Shown here one piece after another: positions 1 through 11,245 of a stretch of DNA of 34,209 bases. The notes below the pieces were generated by a model. It was not told the DNA's origin and ran no database searches. It saw only the letters and a program-made list of their open reading frames with translations. The translations under genes were made by a program, and so were the position numbers. Within the stretch, counting starts at the first letter, position 1. Every line of letters starts with the position of its first letter. The stretch is from Parasitella parasitica NRRL 2501 (lineage: Eukaryota; Fungi; Mucoromycota), in contig MU619368.1 in NCBI GenBank assembly GCA_025201805.1, positions 50,257 through 84,465 on the forward strand, in the 5' to 3' direction.

Positions 1-712
1 AATCTGAATTTCAATTATTTTAAATGGGAGACCTCCAAGCTGGTTTCCCAGGCGAGTTTCCCAGCATACTTTTTTTAGATAACTCTTATTTATAAATATA
101 CAAGACTGATGTAAACAAATGGTTGATCTACAACGTTGCACAAGATCAAAGTATACAAGCGGCGATACTCAGAAATTCAATCTCTTTTGAATATTTCATA
201 CTCTATCTCAAAGCCTTGAAACAATACATATGTGCTCATATTCAAACAAGAATTTGAGCTTGACTCGAAAGACCCCAAAAGTATCAGCATTGAATGCAGA
301 TATTTGGCGCTAGTTACAATTAGCCTAGACAGTATTTACGCTGAAGGATGTTGATAAGGCAGACTACGTGAAGCTGGAACGAGAAAACAAGGTAATAGAA
401 AACTCATGCGGACGCCAACAAGCAAAATCAAGCGCTGAGTGAATATACGGCTTCAAAACTGTCATGAAATACTCAAAACTGAGAATAATTTGTGAACTCG
501 TCAATATTGCCATATCCGTAAACTCATATATGCATGATGTGATATGCATTTATTATATGGACCCTTCTGCCTTCAAACGGCACAATTTGGCACAATTGAA
601 AACATGGCATTTAGGGTCTCTTTGTCCTAATTAAAATAGTCGGTTGGTTTGAGCAAATAAAAAAAAAAAAAAGACAGAGAGGGTATCCTCTTTATTATAA
701 TTATAATTATAT

Positions 713-3700
713 CTACAATCCCAAGCCTCTTCTTCTGGGCGTACGCATATCCCTGGCGCCAGGAGTCGCAATACGACCAGCACGAGCAGTATTCTGTCTT
801 TTCAAAAGGGCTTCTGCTTCGGTCTTTTCTTCACGCTCACGAGCTAGAATGGCAATGTGATTAGTATGGCAATAATCAGGTAGCCAGCAAACTTACCAAG
901 CTTCATTTCCATCTCCATGTTGAGACGAGATTCAGTAGCAATGTTGGCCATACGCTTCTCTCTTTGTCCGTAGTTTCGATCGCGATCGCGAATAGAAAAG
1001 AACATCGGACCCAATTCAGCCAACCAAAAGGGATCGACAGATGTTACGCATTGCATATATTCTTTAGATGTCAAAACTAACTCGTGGTACACTACATAAT
1101 CAGGAGTAAACCCTGCGCCAAACAATGCACTCGTAGGGTGAAGATGACATTTCATGCCACTTCTGCAATTGATGTATTCACCAATACCCTTCAGCTTTGC
1201 AGCCTGGTGGAAATAGGCCGAGCATATGCATTTGCTACGAAAGAAAGCGCAATGTGAGTATACAATAGTTAAACATGCTGCCAGCTTTCTTTACCGGATA
1301 ATGTCCCAGTCAGTGCCACATGAGATATACGGCATCTTAATAGTCTTCATAATATCCATCAGTTGAGAGCGCACTTCTCTGGCTTTGCGCATTGCTTTAG
1401 GATGCACAAAATGCTTTGTGCACCAGTCATCACGGTAATGGTTGATCTTCCATTGTGTATAAACATGGAGCAGAGTTAAATGATCACTTTCAGGCACAAA
1501 GAACTTTTCTCTTGCCGCATCTGATTCCTCCATGCGCTCCTTGGGTCTGTAAAAGACAGAGGGAACAGACAACATGGATACAATCGTAAGCACCTCTGCT
1601 GTGCAACCTTGTTCTTCTGCGGCAATCAGCATTTTGGCAAGAGATGGATCAAGAGGGAATTCGTTCATCTTTTTGCCAGCATCCGTCAATTCCCCAGTGT
1701 TGTCAAACGCATTGATGATCCAAAGCTGGTACATGGAATTCAGGATATTCTCTTGAGGGGGAGGATCCATAAAGTCAAACTCCAGAAGATTCTTAACGCC
1801 TAAAGATTTCAGCTGTAAAACGACGCTTGCAAGATTTGTACGTTGGATTTCAGGAATAGTGTTTACAAACATTTCGTTTCTGTAAGCATCCTCTGTATAC
1901 AAGCGATAGGCGACACTGTGGAATAAACATTAGTAAATATCTTTATGATAGCAAAGCTTTTTTTTTTCTTCTTCTTCTTTTCTTACCCAGGGCCAGTTCT
2001 ACCAGCACGACCACTACGTTGGTTTGCATTGGCTTGACTGATGGGAGTTACCTGGAGAGCGTCCATACCAATACGAGGATTGTATACTTTAAGCTTACAA
2101 TAGCCAGTGTCAACAACGTACATAATACCATCGACGGTTAGCGAAGTTTCAGCAATGTTAGTCGCAACGATTACTTTTCTTGCGTTATTTTCGGCTCTTT
2201 GAAAGATCTTTGCCTGCAAATCAGCAGGCAATTGTGAATAGATGGGTAAAATAGCTAATGGAGGAGGCTCGTCAAGCTGTTCTAAACGCTCTGTTAATGC
2301 TGAGCATGTTGCTTCGATATCCTCTTGGCCAGTCATGAATATCAGTATGTCACCAGCAGGCTGCGACAAATGAATGGCTAGCGTTTGCTTTACAGCACTG
2401 TCAACGTAGTCTTCGCAGGATGTCTTGCTGAACAAAGTGTCCACAGGAAAAGTACGGCCAGGAATAAAGAAGCAGGGGGCATTGCCAAAGAACTGAGAGA
2501 AGCGATCAGCATTCATAGTAGCGGACGTTACGATTAGCTTTAGATCTCTTCGACGAGCAAGCACTTTCTTTAAAAGACCCATTAATACATCAGTGTTCAA
2601 GGCACGTTCGTGCGCTTCGTCCATAATAATGGCGCTATACTGATCCAGATCAGGAGAGTTCATAGACTCGCGCAGCAGAATACCATCAGTCATGTAACGG
2701 ATAAGCGTGTTTTCAGATGTTTGATCTTCGAAACGAATCGTGTAACCGACCGTATCACCCAGTTCACAGCCCATTTCCTCAGCAACACGCTTTGCAACAG
2801 ACATGGCTGCGACACGACGAGGCTGTGTACAGCTCACTTTACCATACTTTGTGTATCCGTCTTCATGTAGGTATTGCGTCAATTGAGTGGTTTTGCCAGA
2901 GCCAGTTTCGCCCACAATAATGACAACTTGGTTGTCTCGCACCACCTTGAGCAGATCTTCGCGAACAGCAAACACGGGCAGGAACTCTCTCTGTTCGCGC
3001 ATTGTCCTTGTACGTGCAAACTCACTGGCAGCTTCAGATGACTTTAAATGAGACGCAAACTTGGAATCTCCCCTGGCGTCGTCTTGGTCGCCATTCTGCG
3101 ATTCTTGCTCCTTTTTGCCCTTAACGCCCATTACATTACCCAATGTTGTACCAGCGAGGTCAAATTTGCTCGCTTTTGCACGCTCTGCTTGCTCTCTCTT
3201 CTCCCTAACAAGTCGACTGCCTTTACGAGAGATGATGGCCATATCGGACGTAGGGTCTCTAACATGCTGCACAGCTTCTAGCTGTTTGGTAAACACCATG
3301 CGACCATCCAAAAAGGGCGGTTTGATATCATGGACCAAGAGATGAACCCGACTCTGTAATTAGATAAACTGTCAATTTGACGTTCATAGCCCCCTCCTCT
3401 ATGCATTTGCAATGTATACCTCGTTCTCTTCATCAAAATCTGTATCTACTTCAATCTGTTGTGCTACACCTGAACTCAGCATTCGACTTGCCTCCCACAT
3501 GTCCGTATCTCGATTGTATTGAGCTTGGCGAGCAGAAAGCTTCTTCATCTGCTTTTGCGCTAGTTCTTCCTCCTTGTGCTTATCATGCGACTCGTACTCG
3601 GCAAAGGCGTTATGCGTATCATCAGCAGCGCCATTGTCTTCCATTTGATACCACTCACGGTCCAACTGAGCTTGTTCTTCCTCCCATCTTCGTCGATCCT

Positions 3701-4873
3701 CATCGTCACCTTCGAATTCTTCAGGATACTCTAACGCAACTTCGTCATAAGCGGTCGATCGAACAGCAGGCGTCATGTAATCCCAGGTTCGCCTTACTGC
3801 AGCAGTTGCAGCACCGGTCGACTGTCGAATACCACTGTCATGTCTACCTGGTGTCATGTTACCTGCAGATTGTCGAGGTGTAAAGGCTCCTTGGTTTTGT
3901 GGGGTCAAGCTGGTCCATTGGCTACGTTTAAACAAACCGCCACGTCTACCTGGTGTTTCTGATCCGTCTCTAAAAGACGAAGGAGTACTTGAACCACTTT
4001 TACTGCCATGTTTGTCGTCTGATCTTCTGTCACGGTCATCTCTACGGTCTCTCCCATATCTGTCTCGATCTCTGTGGTGGTCTCTGTCCCGGTCCCTATC
4101 ATCTCGGCGGCTTTTATTGTCATAATGGCTGCTTCCTCTATGTCTATCCTTCCTCTTCATATCTTCCATTCTTTTCAGCGCTGACTCTGATATGCCGCCC
4201 GGATTCGAGGGTGTTTCCATCCTTTGCGACCTGTAATTTGGGCGTCTTCTTTGGATCCTGTCGTCCGCTTCAATATCATCGTTAACATTAGTCTCCTCCT
4301 CCTCGTCGTCGTCGTCCCAAGTCATTCTAACTTTTTTATCAGCTACTGGGGAAGGAGCTGTTGCTGCTGCATCCGCTAGACGTTTTTTGCGTGCAAGCTC
4401 ATCTAATCCAAGCAACGATTTGTTGGGTAATACTGGTACTTTAAAAATAGGTCGGTCTTCGTCTGCTTTGGAGGATTTGTTCTTTTTGGTGATGAGGCCA
4501 CCGGGTAAGTTGTTCCCTAGTACGAGAACTTCGTTCTGGGTTGTATTCGCATCAGGTTGAACGGGTTTGGAGTTGTCGCTGCTTGACTTTTGCTTTTCTT
4601 GCTGTTTCTGGTTATTTATTTTGGTGTACGTTTCTGCTAAAAACTCTTTACTAAACCTTCCAAATGTGCTACAAACTAACAAAAAGATGTTGAGTGATTG
4701 ATTGATGGAGCAATTGAGTAAAATGTCCCAGTACCTTTACTGAATTTATCAAAATCTCTGTTGGTTTCTGCGAACTGTATCACTTTTTTAGCAATCAAAT
4801 CATTAGGATTTGTTAAATTCAAAGCTCTAGAGATGTCGACAGCGATATCGTGAACAAAATCGTCGCTTAACAT
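713..4873 (-). CDS. PRP16: Pre-mRNA splicing DEAH-box RNA helicase Prp16/DHX38; 6 exons (4873-4735, 4675-3420, 3353-1987, 1915-1295, 1234-897, 843-713)
   Basis: [47 protein letters not shown] and [10 protein letters not shown] motifs; Prp16-type segments 'LDREWY' and '[14 protein letters not shown]'; all five GT-AG introns splice in frame; stop TAG at 715-713. Confidence 0.95.
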
Positions 4874-6271
4874 GTTGTAATTAGATGAAAGAGAGTGCTT
4901 TGCTTGAACCAAAATTTATTTTAGAACGATTGAAAACGTCACGTAAATGTAATGTATTGGTTGTTGTTGTCTTTCATTCTACTTTTAAAATGACAACAGT
5001 AGGGTTTAGTGCAGGCAAAGGAGACTCTGATGTTGTCTATTCGTTTTTTTTTTTATGAAACTAGATCATTCAAATAATGTTAGATGGAAGTGGTTGGCAT
5101 GAACTTGATGCAAGCATTCAAAAATTCTTAATTTTAAGATTTTGTCTGCTTAAGGCTGAGATTAATCTGGTTTGATTTTTTTTTTTGTCAAAACCGTCAT
5201 TTTGGCCATTTTTTGACATTGTTGAACCTTCTTCGAAAATTTCAAAGCAGAGTTTCTTACTTTTTGCACAATCAAAAAACATGATAATACGCAGAATTTG
5301 TTTCTCTATCAAATGGTAAAAAAAAACTTTAGTTTTATCGAAAAAAATTATAACTAAAATTATGTATTTAAAAAACAAATATTAGCTAAAAAGTCAACAT
5401 TCTCAATAAACTTTTTAAAATTCAAACATTTGATCTGGTTAGGCCGATTCTTAGCTTTATTTGTCTCTCACACTGTTTTATGATTTAAAGCAATTTTTAT
5501 GACGAAAATGCGAAAAATCCTTATTTTTCGTTTTTGAATGAGGGTATACAAGGGATTTTGGACGGTTAAAAAAATGCCAGCCAAATTTATTTAATTTTCA
5601 GAAAATACGTGCTTGAGAGGTTAAACCAAATGTTAAAGCTAGGAAAACGTTACTGATCACATGCAAATGTATTTTGTTTGTAAATAAATCTATTCTGCCA
5701 CTCCTTGATATGATGTGGGTGTACCTCTATCATTTGAGCAGTTTTTTGTTGTATAATCGATTGCGTTTTTATGCCAAATATCTTTATTCGTTGGAAAACA
5801 ATTTTTAGAAGGAATTGGTAAACGTACGGCAAGTGGATGAATAAGGTTTACAAACCGTTTTGTGGAGTGTTGTTTCACATTGTCCTGCTTTTTTGTATCA
5901 TCGTAAACGTAATATACAAAAGATACAAGAGCAAAGCTTACTAGCGTCAAATGCAAAGAGACATCATGCATTAACTAGTAAATTTTCTATGCTGTTTTTC
6001 GATTCTTTTAACACATACTCAGACTACCTTACCTTCCATCTTGTGCAACAGCCTATTTATTGGCAAACGGGTGAACTAGAACTTTTTTTTTTTTTCGAGT
6101 GTAGGGCATAGTTTTATTTTTCGATTTTTTATACAAAAAAGAGGTAAACAGATTGAAGAACAGTATATACATTGATTCAAACAGGGCTCATCAATGCCTT
6201 ATAAGAATTGCGTTTGCTTTGATTTTGGAATAGGCAAACCAAGTGATTAAAACGGTAATAAAAAATGAGAT

Positions 6272-7079
6272 TCAGGATTGTTGAGCAGGTGCAAGGAAAG
6301 GAACTCGACCAGCCTGTTTTTCACGGATCATTTGCAAAATGTGTTGCATTCCTTTACGAGCCTGATGAAGATACAGTTAGTGCAAAGTGTCAAAATGATG
6401 CTACCGGATGCCAAATTACCTTTGCAGCATTTGCAATGAAGCTGCTTTGACCAAAGCCTTCGATGCGGCCAGTCATACCCCAGCCAAACTTTGACACGAT
6501 GCGAGCTTCTGTCTTGCAGGCTGTCCAGTCTTTGTTTTGCTCATGTTGTTTGAATATCTGGGTTTCTTCGATTTGCATGATGCGAACATGATTCAAATTC
6601 TTGGTGCGAGTTACCATTGTCTTGTTTCTAGGATCAACTTCTGATTCTTCGATAATGAATGTTTCCGAGTTTTTGAGAAACTATGCCAGAGAGAGGTTAG
6701 CTATCATCTTGTTGACACATGAACAATTGGGCATCCATCTACCTTTTCAGGGAACCATTTGGGAGCCTTTCCCTTCTTCAAGACGAGTCTTGTTGTCTTG
6801 AGGACGCCGTTTTCATCAACGTAACGATCCAAGACATCAACGGCAAGAACTAAGAGGGTTAAAAAAAAACAGGTTTAACACACTATGCACGACTGAATAA
6901 TGTGATAATGACTATTTACCATGTGAGGCGAAAGGATTAGGGTATCTCAACCAAAAGGCTAGGGTTACATTTTGCCATTGGTAACTAGCAAAAGAATTAA
7001 TTGGAGTCAATACAAGACATCAAATGTGATTGCAACACACATACTCATAATCAAAAACATGTTGATAAAACTTGACCAT
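6272..7079 (-). CDS. UPS1: PRELI/MSF1-domain mitochondrial phospholipid transfer protein (Ups1/PRELID1-like); 5 exons (7079-7045, 6984-6920, 6849-6743, 6680-6420, 6361-6272)
   Basis: Manual splicing gives MVKFYQHVFDYDYQWQNVTLAFWLRYPNPFASHVLAVDVLDRYVDENGVLKTTRLVLKKGKAPKWFPEKFLKNSETFIIEESEVDPRNKTMVTRTKNLNHVRIMQIEE...ARKGMQHILQMIREK...; RYPNP-x-S-HV and EES-x-VDP are PRELI hallmarks; four canonical introns. Confidence 0.92.
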
Positions 7080-7361
7080 TTTTTTTTATGTAAATGTTGT
7101 AAAGAGAAAAAAAAAACGTTTAAGGCTAAACTGAGGGGGGTGGTGTATTTCTAAACAAGAAAAAATAAGAGATTCACTGACAGCAAGGGTAAAACCAAAC
7201 CATTTGCATACAAATCTACCTCTGGCGGTGACTGTCCGAGACCAGGTTGATTCAGAGTCTTTATTGGCCATATGTCGCAAGACTCCAATACATTAATCAG
7301 CAAAGAAAGAGCTGGAATCGTTTCCTTTTTCTTCCTTTTCTCAAAAAACTTTTTAAAAAAA

Positions 7362-8887
7362 ATGTCCTCGAGCTCGAATCCCAACATGACACCTTCTGAT
7401 GTTCTTCAGCTCAACCTGAACGACTCAGCACTCGACCTGCTGAACGCTGCTATTGCTAGCCATCAAGTCAAAATTGATAACAACAATAGTAAAGCATCTG
7501 GTTCAGCCAACAACGAAAAAAATGATTCCCCGTCTCCTAGCAACGCCTCAACTCATGGTAAAATCATTTGGTGCTTCTGATAAGCATGAATTTTTTGTTA
7601 ACGTTTTCTCTGAATAGTGGCTCATGCAAAGAGAGAGCTCGATAAAGGTATTTCTTATTTTGGTAAAAGCGATTCGTAATCTTTCCCCTAATAGCACATC
7701 ATTTATCTTAGATGAGGAAACATCAACTACTGCACCCAAGCGTGCGGGTCGTAAACCACTAGATAAATCACAGATATCAGTAAGAAGTGTAACATTTGTG
7801 TTTATACCTTCCCTCCTTCTAATGTCAAAATGTGGCGTAGGATTCTCCACTTGATCCTAAACAAAAGAGAAAGGCACAAAACAGAGCTGCTCAGCGTGCA
7901 TTCAGAGATCGCAAAGAGAAACATGTTGCAGAATTGCAGGCTCGTATTGCAGAATTGGAGGCGTTGAATGCAACAAAAGACGAAGATCTCATCAAAGAAA
8001 ACGAACAATTGAAGGAGATGCTGCAGAAACTTCAGGAGGAAAACTATGCTCTCAAGGGAGCTCAATTTACGTTTGAATTTCCTGTCAATGACTCTGCTGC
8101 ATTTAATAATAAGCATGCTGCTACTTCTGTTACAAACACTACCGCTAATGACAATAGTAACACGTACCATACTACAACAAGCAGCAGTAGTATGAGCAGC
8201 AATAATAGCTACAGTGGTGAAGATGCAGAGCATTCGCCTTTGTCGAATTCCCACACACATGAAGATGATTCTACAAGTGCAGATACTCCAGTGAATTCGG
8301 CATTTTCAGCAGAACCGTTGCAATTTGGATTAATATCGCCACCACAGCACCAACAGCAAGCGCTTTTTGCCAAAAACCTGGATTTCTTTGCCATGTCTGA
8401 TAATTCTGGTCTCGGCCTTCAGCAGCAACAACAAATAAACAGCTTTCCTACTGGAGATCTCTTTCACGGGAAAGATGATTTATTTGCAAATTATCATGCC
8501 CCTTCAACAGGCAGTGCGAATGACGATTTCCTATTTGCAAATGAAGATCTGTCCAGCTTATTCGGTGGCACTGATGACCTCTTTGGCTTTGACAACAGCG
8601 CCCAATTTAATCTGAACGCTCAATTTGGCCTGCCCGAAACGCCAGCAAGCCGCCGCCTTTATCTCACATCCGATAAAAAGGAAAAGCTTCTAAGCAAATT
8701 AAAGCAAGGACAACAAGAAGGAAAACACATCTATGAAGTACATCAAGATATTAAGCAGGAGTGCCCTGACTTCAACTTGGATGCACTTTGCGACGAGCTC
8801 AAAAAGAAGGCTTCTTGTAGTTTAAGCTCGTATCCACTTACTGACCACGATGTGGATGCTTTCGTGAAGTGTTTGGATCGTGTTTAA
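7362..8887 (+). CDS. YAP1: AP-1-like bZIP oxidative-stress transcription factor (Yap1/Pap1 family); exons 7362-7557, 7618-7647, 7712-7779, 7841-8887
   Basis: Basic region KQKRKAQNRAAQRAFRDRKEKHVAEL, upstream KRAGRKPL, FTFEFP after the zipper, C-terminal CRD/NES-like CPDFNLDALCDELKKKASCS; includes a 30-nt micro-exon; all joins are in frame. Confidence 0.9.
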
Positions 8888-9017
8888 ATCAATTGTTTAT
8901 ATATATATCATCGTCTCTTTCTTTTTCATGTAAATCGTCTCTTTTCATGTCTTTCGTTTTCTTTTTATTAATATAATTATTCATGTCAAACCCCATCAAA
9001 AAATATGCACTCTTTGC

Positions 9018-10475
9018 TTAGAAAATAACTCTTTTACTCATTTTGATAACAATCGGTGGTTCATGAGTGTTTGGTCTTGAAATTTCTGCTAATTCTCTTC
9101 CTGCACTCCAGGTTCCACCTTGAATAAGTTGACTTAACGAAAGGTCTTTTTTGGTCAGCCTCAAAGACTGACGAACAGGTTCAGCAATAAGGTCTAGATA
9201 GGCTACAGTCAATGCACGCCATTCAGTCACCACAGGGTCCGACATATCAAACATCGGAGCAACCTCCATTTTTGGCTGGTCTGGTAGCAGAGAATTCTCA
9301 TGATAGTTTTGAATACCACGTTCGTAATCTTGCGGCTTCAGCGTTAAAAATCCAGTATCTATCAGTAAGCCACCATTACAATAATCGGGAAGGGGTGTCA
9401 ATAAATCAGTGCCCTCAATAGTTGCACCGAGTAACTTTTCCATAGGTTCAATTATAGAATAGACAAGCCATTGAGAGAGCTTATGGAAAGATACTAACTG
9501 ATCACCATTGGAGATGGCATCACACTTCCAGACATCGCCGAGACCACTGATACCACAGATGTTATCTTCGGATGCCCATAATTCACCCATTTCTTGAACA
9601 ACAGGCCATAATGTTTCAATACTAATTAAAGGGCCCTTTTTTGTTTTTATGGTAGTAGGATGTTCAAGCAGGTAGTCTAATATTCACAAGAAAATGAGTA
9701 TTCTTCAAGAATAAAGGATTTTAAGCAATATTGTTATATAATTTACCCATTAAGTTTCCTGGCCGTTGCACAGTTTTACCAAAATAGTCCTTGCGGTTCT
9801 GTAACACCAAACCAAGATGGTTCAACACTTCATGGCGCTCATCGATTCCCTCAAACGAATTTGTTTTAGAAAATTGAAGACCATCGCGTAGAGTTTTTAA
9901 AGAAAGATTAGACAAAGCCTCAGCTATAAAAATTTCAATGGATGAGTTCATGATCATAAATTAGCCATAATGTTGGGTTACTTACAGTCAACTCGATGAG
10001 GCTGTGTTGGATCGCTTGAGAATACTCCCTTTACAAATAATTCTAAAATCGCAATTGCAATGCCGTCTTTTCTTTTGAAAGTTCTACCAGTAGACTCTTC
10101 AGTAAATGTCCAAGTTTGGCATGGCTTCATGTCCATAAGCACTGCGATAACCAAAATATCGATGAGCTTCCGTGTTTGTTCTAATTTATCTTGACCGAGG
10201 CTCGACCAAGTCTGAAGCAAGCCATTGAGACGAGGTCTTCCGCCAATATCAAAATGACGCCATCTGCCATATACTGGGATATCTGAAGGTCTATCATAGT
10301 CTCTCTTGATCATAGAAATTACTAATTGAACCATCTCTTCAAGTTTTGATTGATCGATATCAAAATGCTTCAACTGATTTCGAGCGGCTGCTTCTTGAAC
10401 TTTGAAACATCTTTCACGCACTGAATTTAGACTGAGTAAAAAGTCATCAGGGGATGTGCCATGGTATGAAGCCAT
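9018..10475 (-). CDS. DUF1688 family protein (Urc4/Urg3-like), divergent; exons 10475-9986, 9923-9747, 9676-9018
   Basis: SLNSVRERC, GRWRHF, FSSDPTQPHRVD, RPGNLMDYL, FHKLSQWLVYS, NGGLLIDTG, EWRALTV and GTWSAGRELA...RP...PPI motifs match the Urc4/Urg3 family as I recall it; two in-frame GT-AG introns. Confidence 0.85.
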
Positions 10476-10991
10476 ATGATATAATATTAATCAATTTAAA
10501 GAAAAAAAATAAAAAAAGGAAAAAAGTAGGTTTGCATCGCTGGCATCAATTACCAATCCATTTTATAGATAATTTAATCTTTTATTTGTGCACACACAAG
10601 ATAGTTTGGGTTACTCAAGATTAAGGGAGAATGATGGTTGAATAATGATAATACAAGTGTAGTACTGACAGTAATGAAGAAGCAAAAAATAAAATTGGGT
10701 GGCCAACAATCTTTTGATGAATGCATTTTCTGATGCTTCTTTGAGCTGAATGCCATGTGATCATCACCATAATATACAAGTTTTTTTTAAATGTCAAATA
10801 AGATTCAGGAGAAGCGACAGAGAGGGGGCAAAAGCCAAGTTCGGTGAGAATTAACATCTCCTTAAAAATAAACAAAAGCACAGTGTATCACCATCAAATT
10901 TATTATTTTTAACCTGACTACTATATTACAAAAAAATAAGATTCTCTATTCTCTCCAATCCCTCCTCACCTCCCTTTTTCGAGCGAAATTG

Positions 10992-11092
10992 GTTGCCATG
11001 GTAGTGGGAACGTCGATCTTCGGGGATCAATCATAGCACCATAGCACCATAGCAACCAGGTACACATGAAGGTTTTCCATCACCATGGCAAC
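10992..11092. promoter_or_regulatory. Cluster of three RFX/Crt1-type X-box-like motifs (10992-11004, 11044-11056, 11080-11092)
   Basis: GTTGCCATGGTAG, GCACCATAGCAAC and TCACCATGGCAAC each contain the CCAT(A/G)GCAAC core (first one on the reverse strand) within about 100 bp, just upstream of MMS19. Confidence 0.55.
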
Positions 11093-11245
11093 TTTATTGA
11101 TGTAAATACTAAATGACGCATAGACAGTGCCTCTCTTTTGATTGATGGGATGTGACTATGAAGGCACTGTTACTGAGAGAGCTAAAGTCTATGACTCTAT
11201 TCAAATTGTTTTCATTTGTTTCTTACTAACATTGCCCTAAAAAGA

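Noticed and set aside
181-490. Imperfect ~15-bp inverted repeat (TTTTGAATATTTCAT vs ATGAAATACTCAAAA)
   Set aside because: Short, AT-rich, no TSD or extension; compatible with chance.
1574-4285. Many antisense and alternative-frame ORFs over PRP16 (likewise over MMS19, the transporter and the GT2)
   Set aside because: Shadow ORFs of real coding exons with no motifs of their own.
11010-11180. Resemblance of 'CTTCGGGGATCAATCATAG' to U3 snoRNA box A
   Set aside because: Match is too loose and no convincing B/C boxes lie at the proper spacing.
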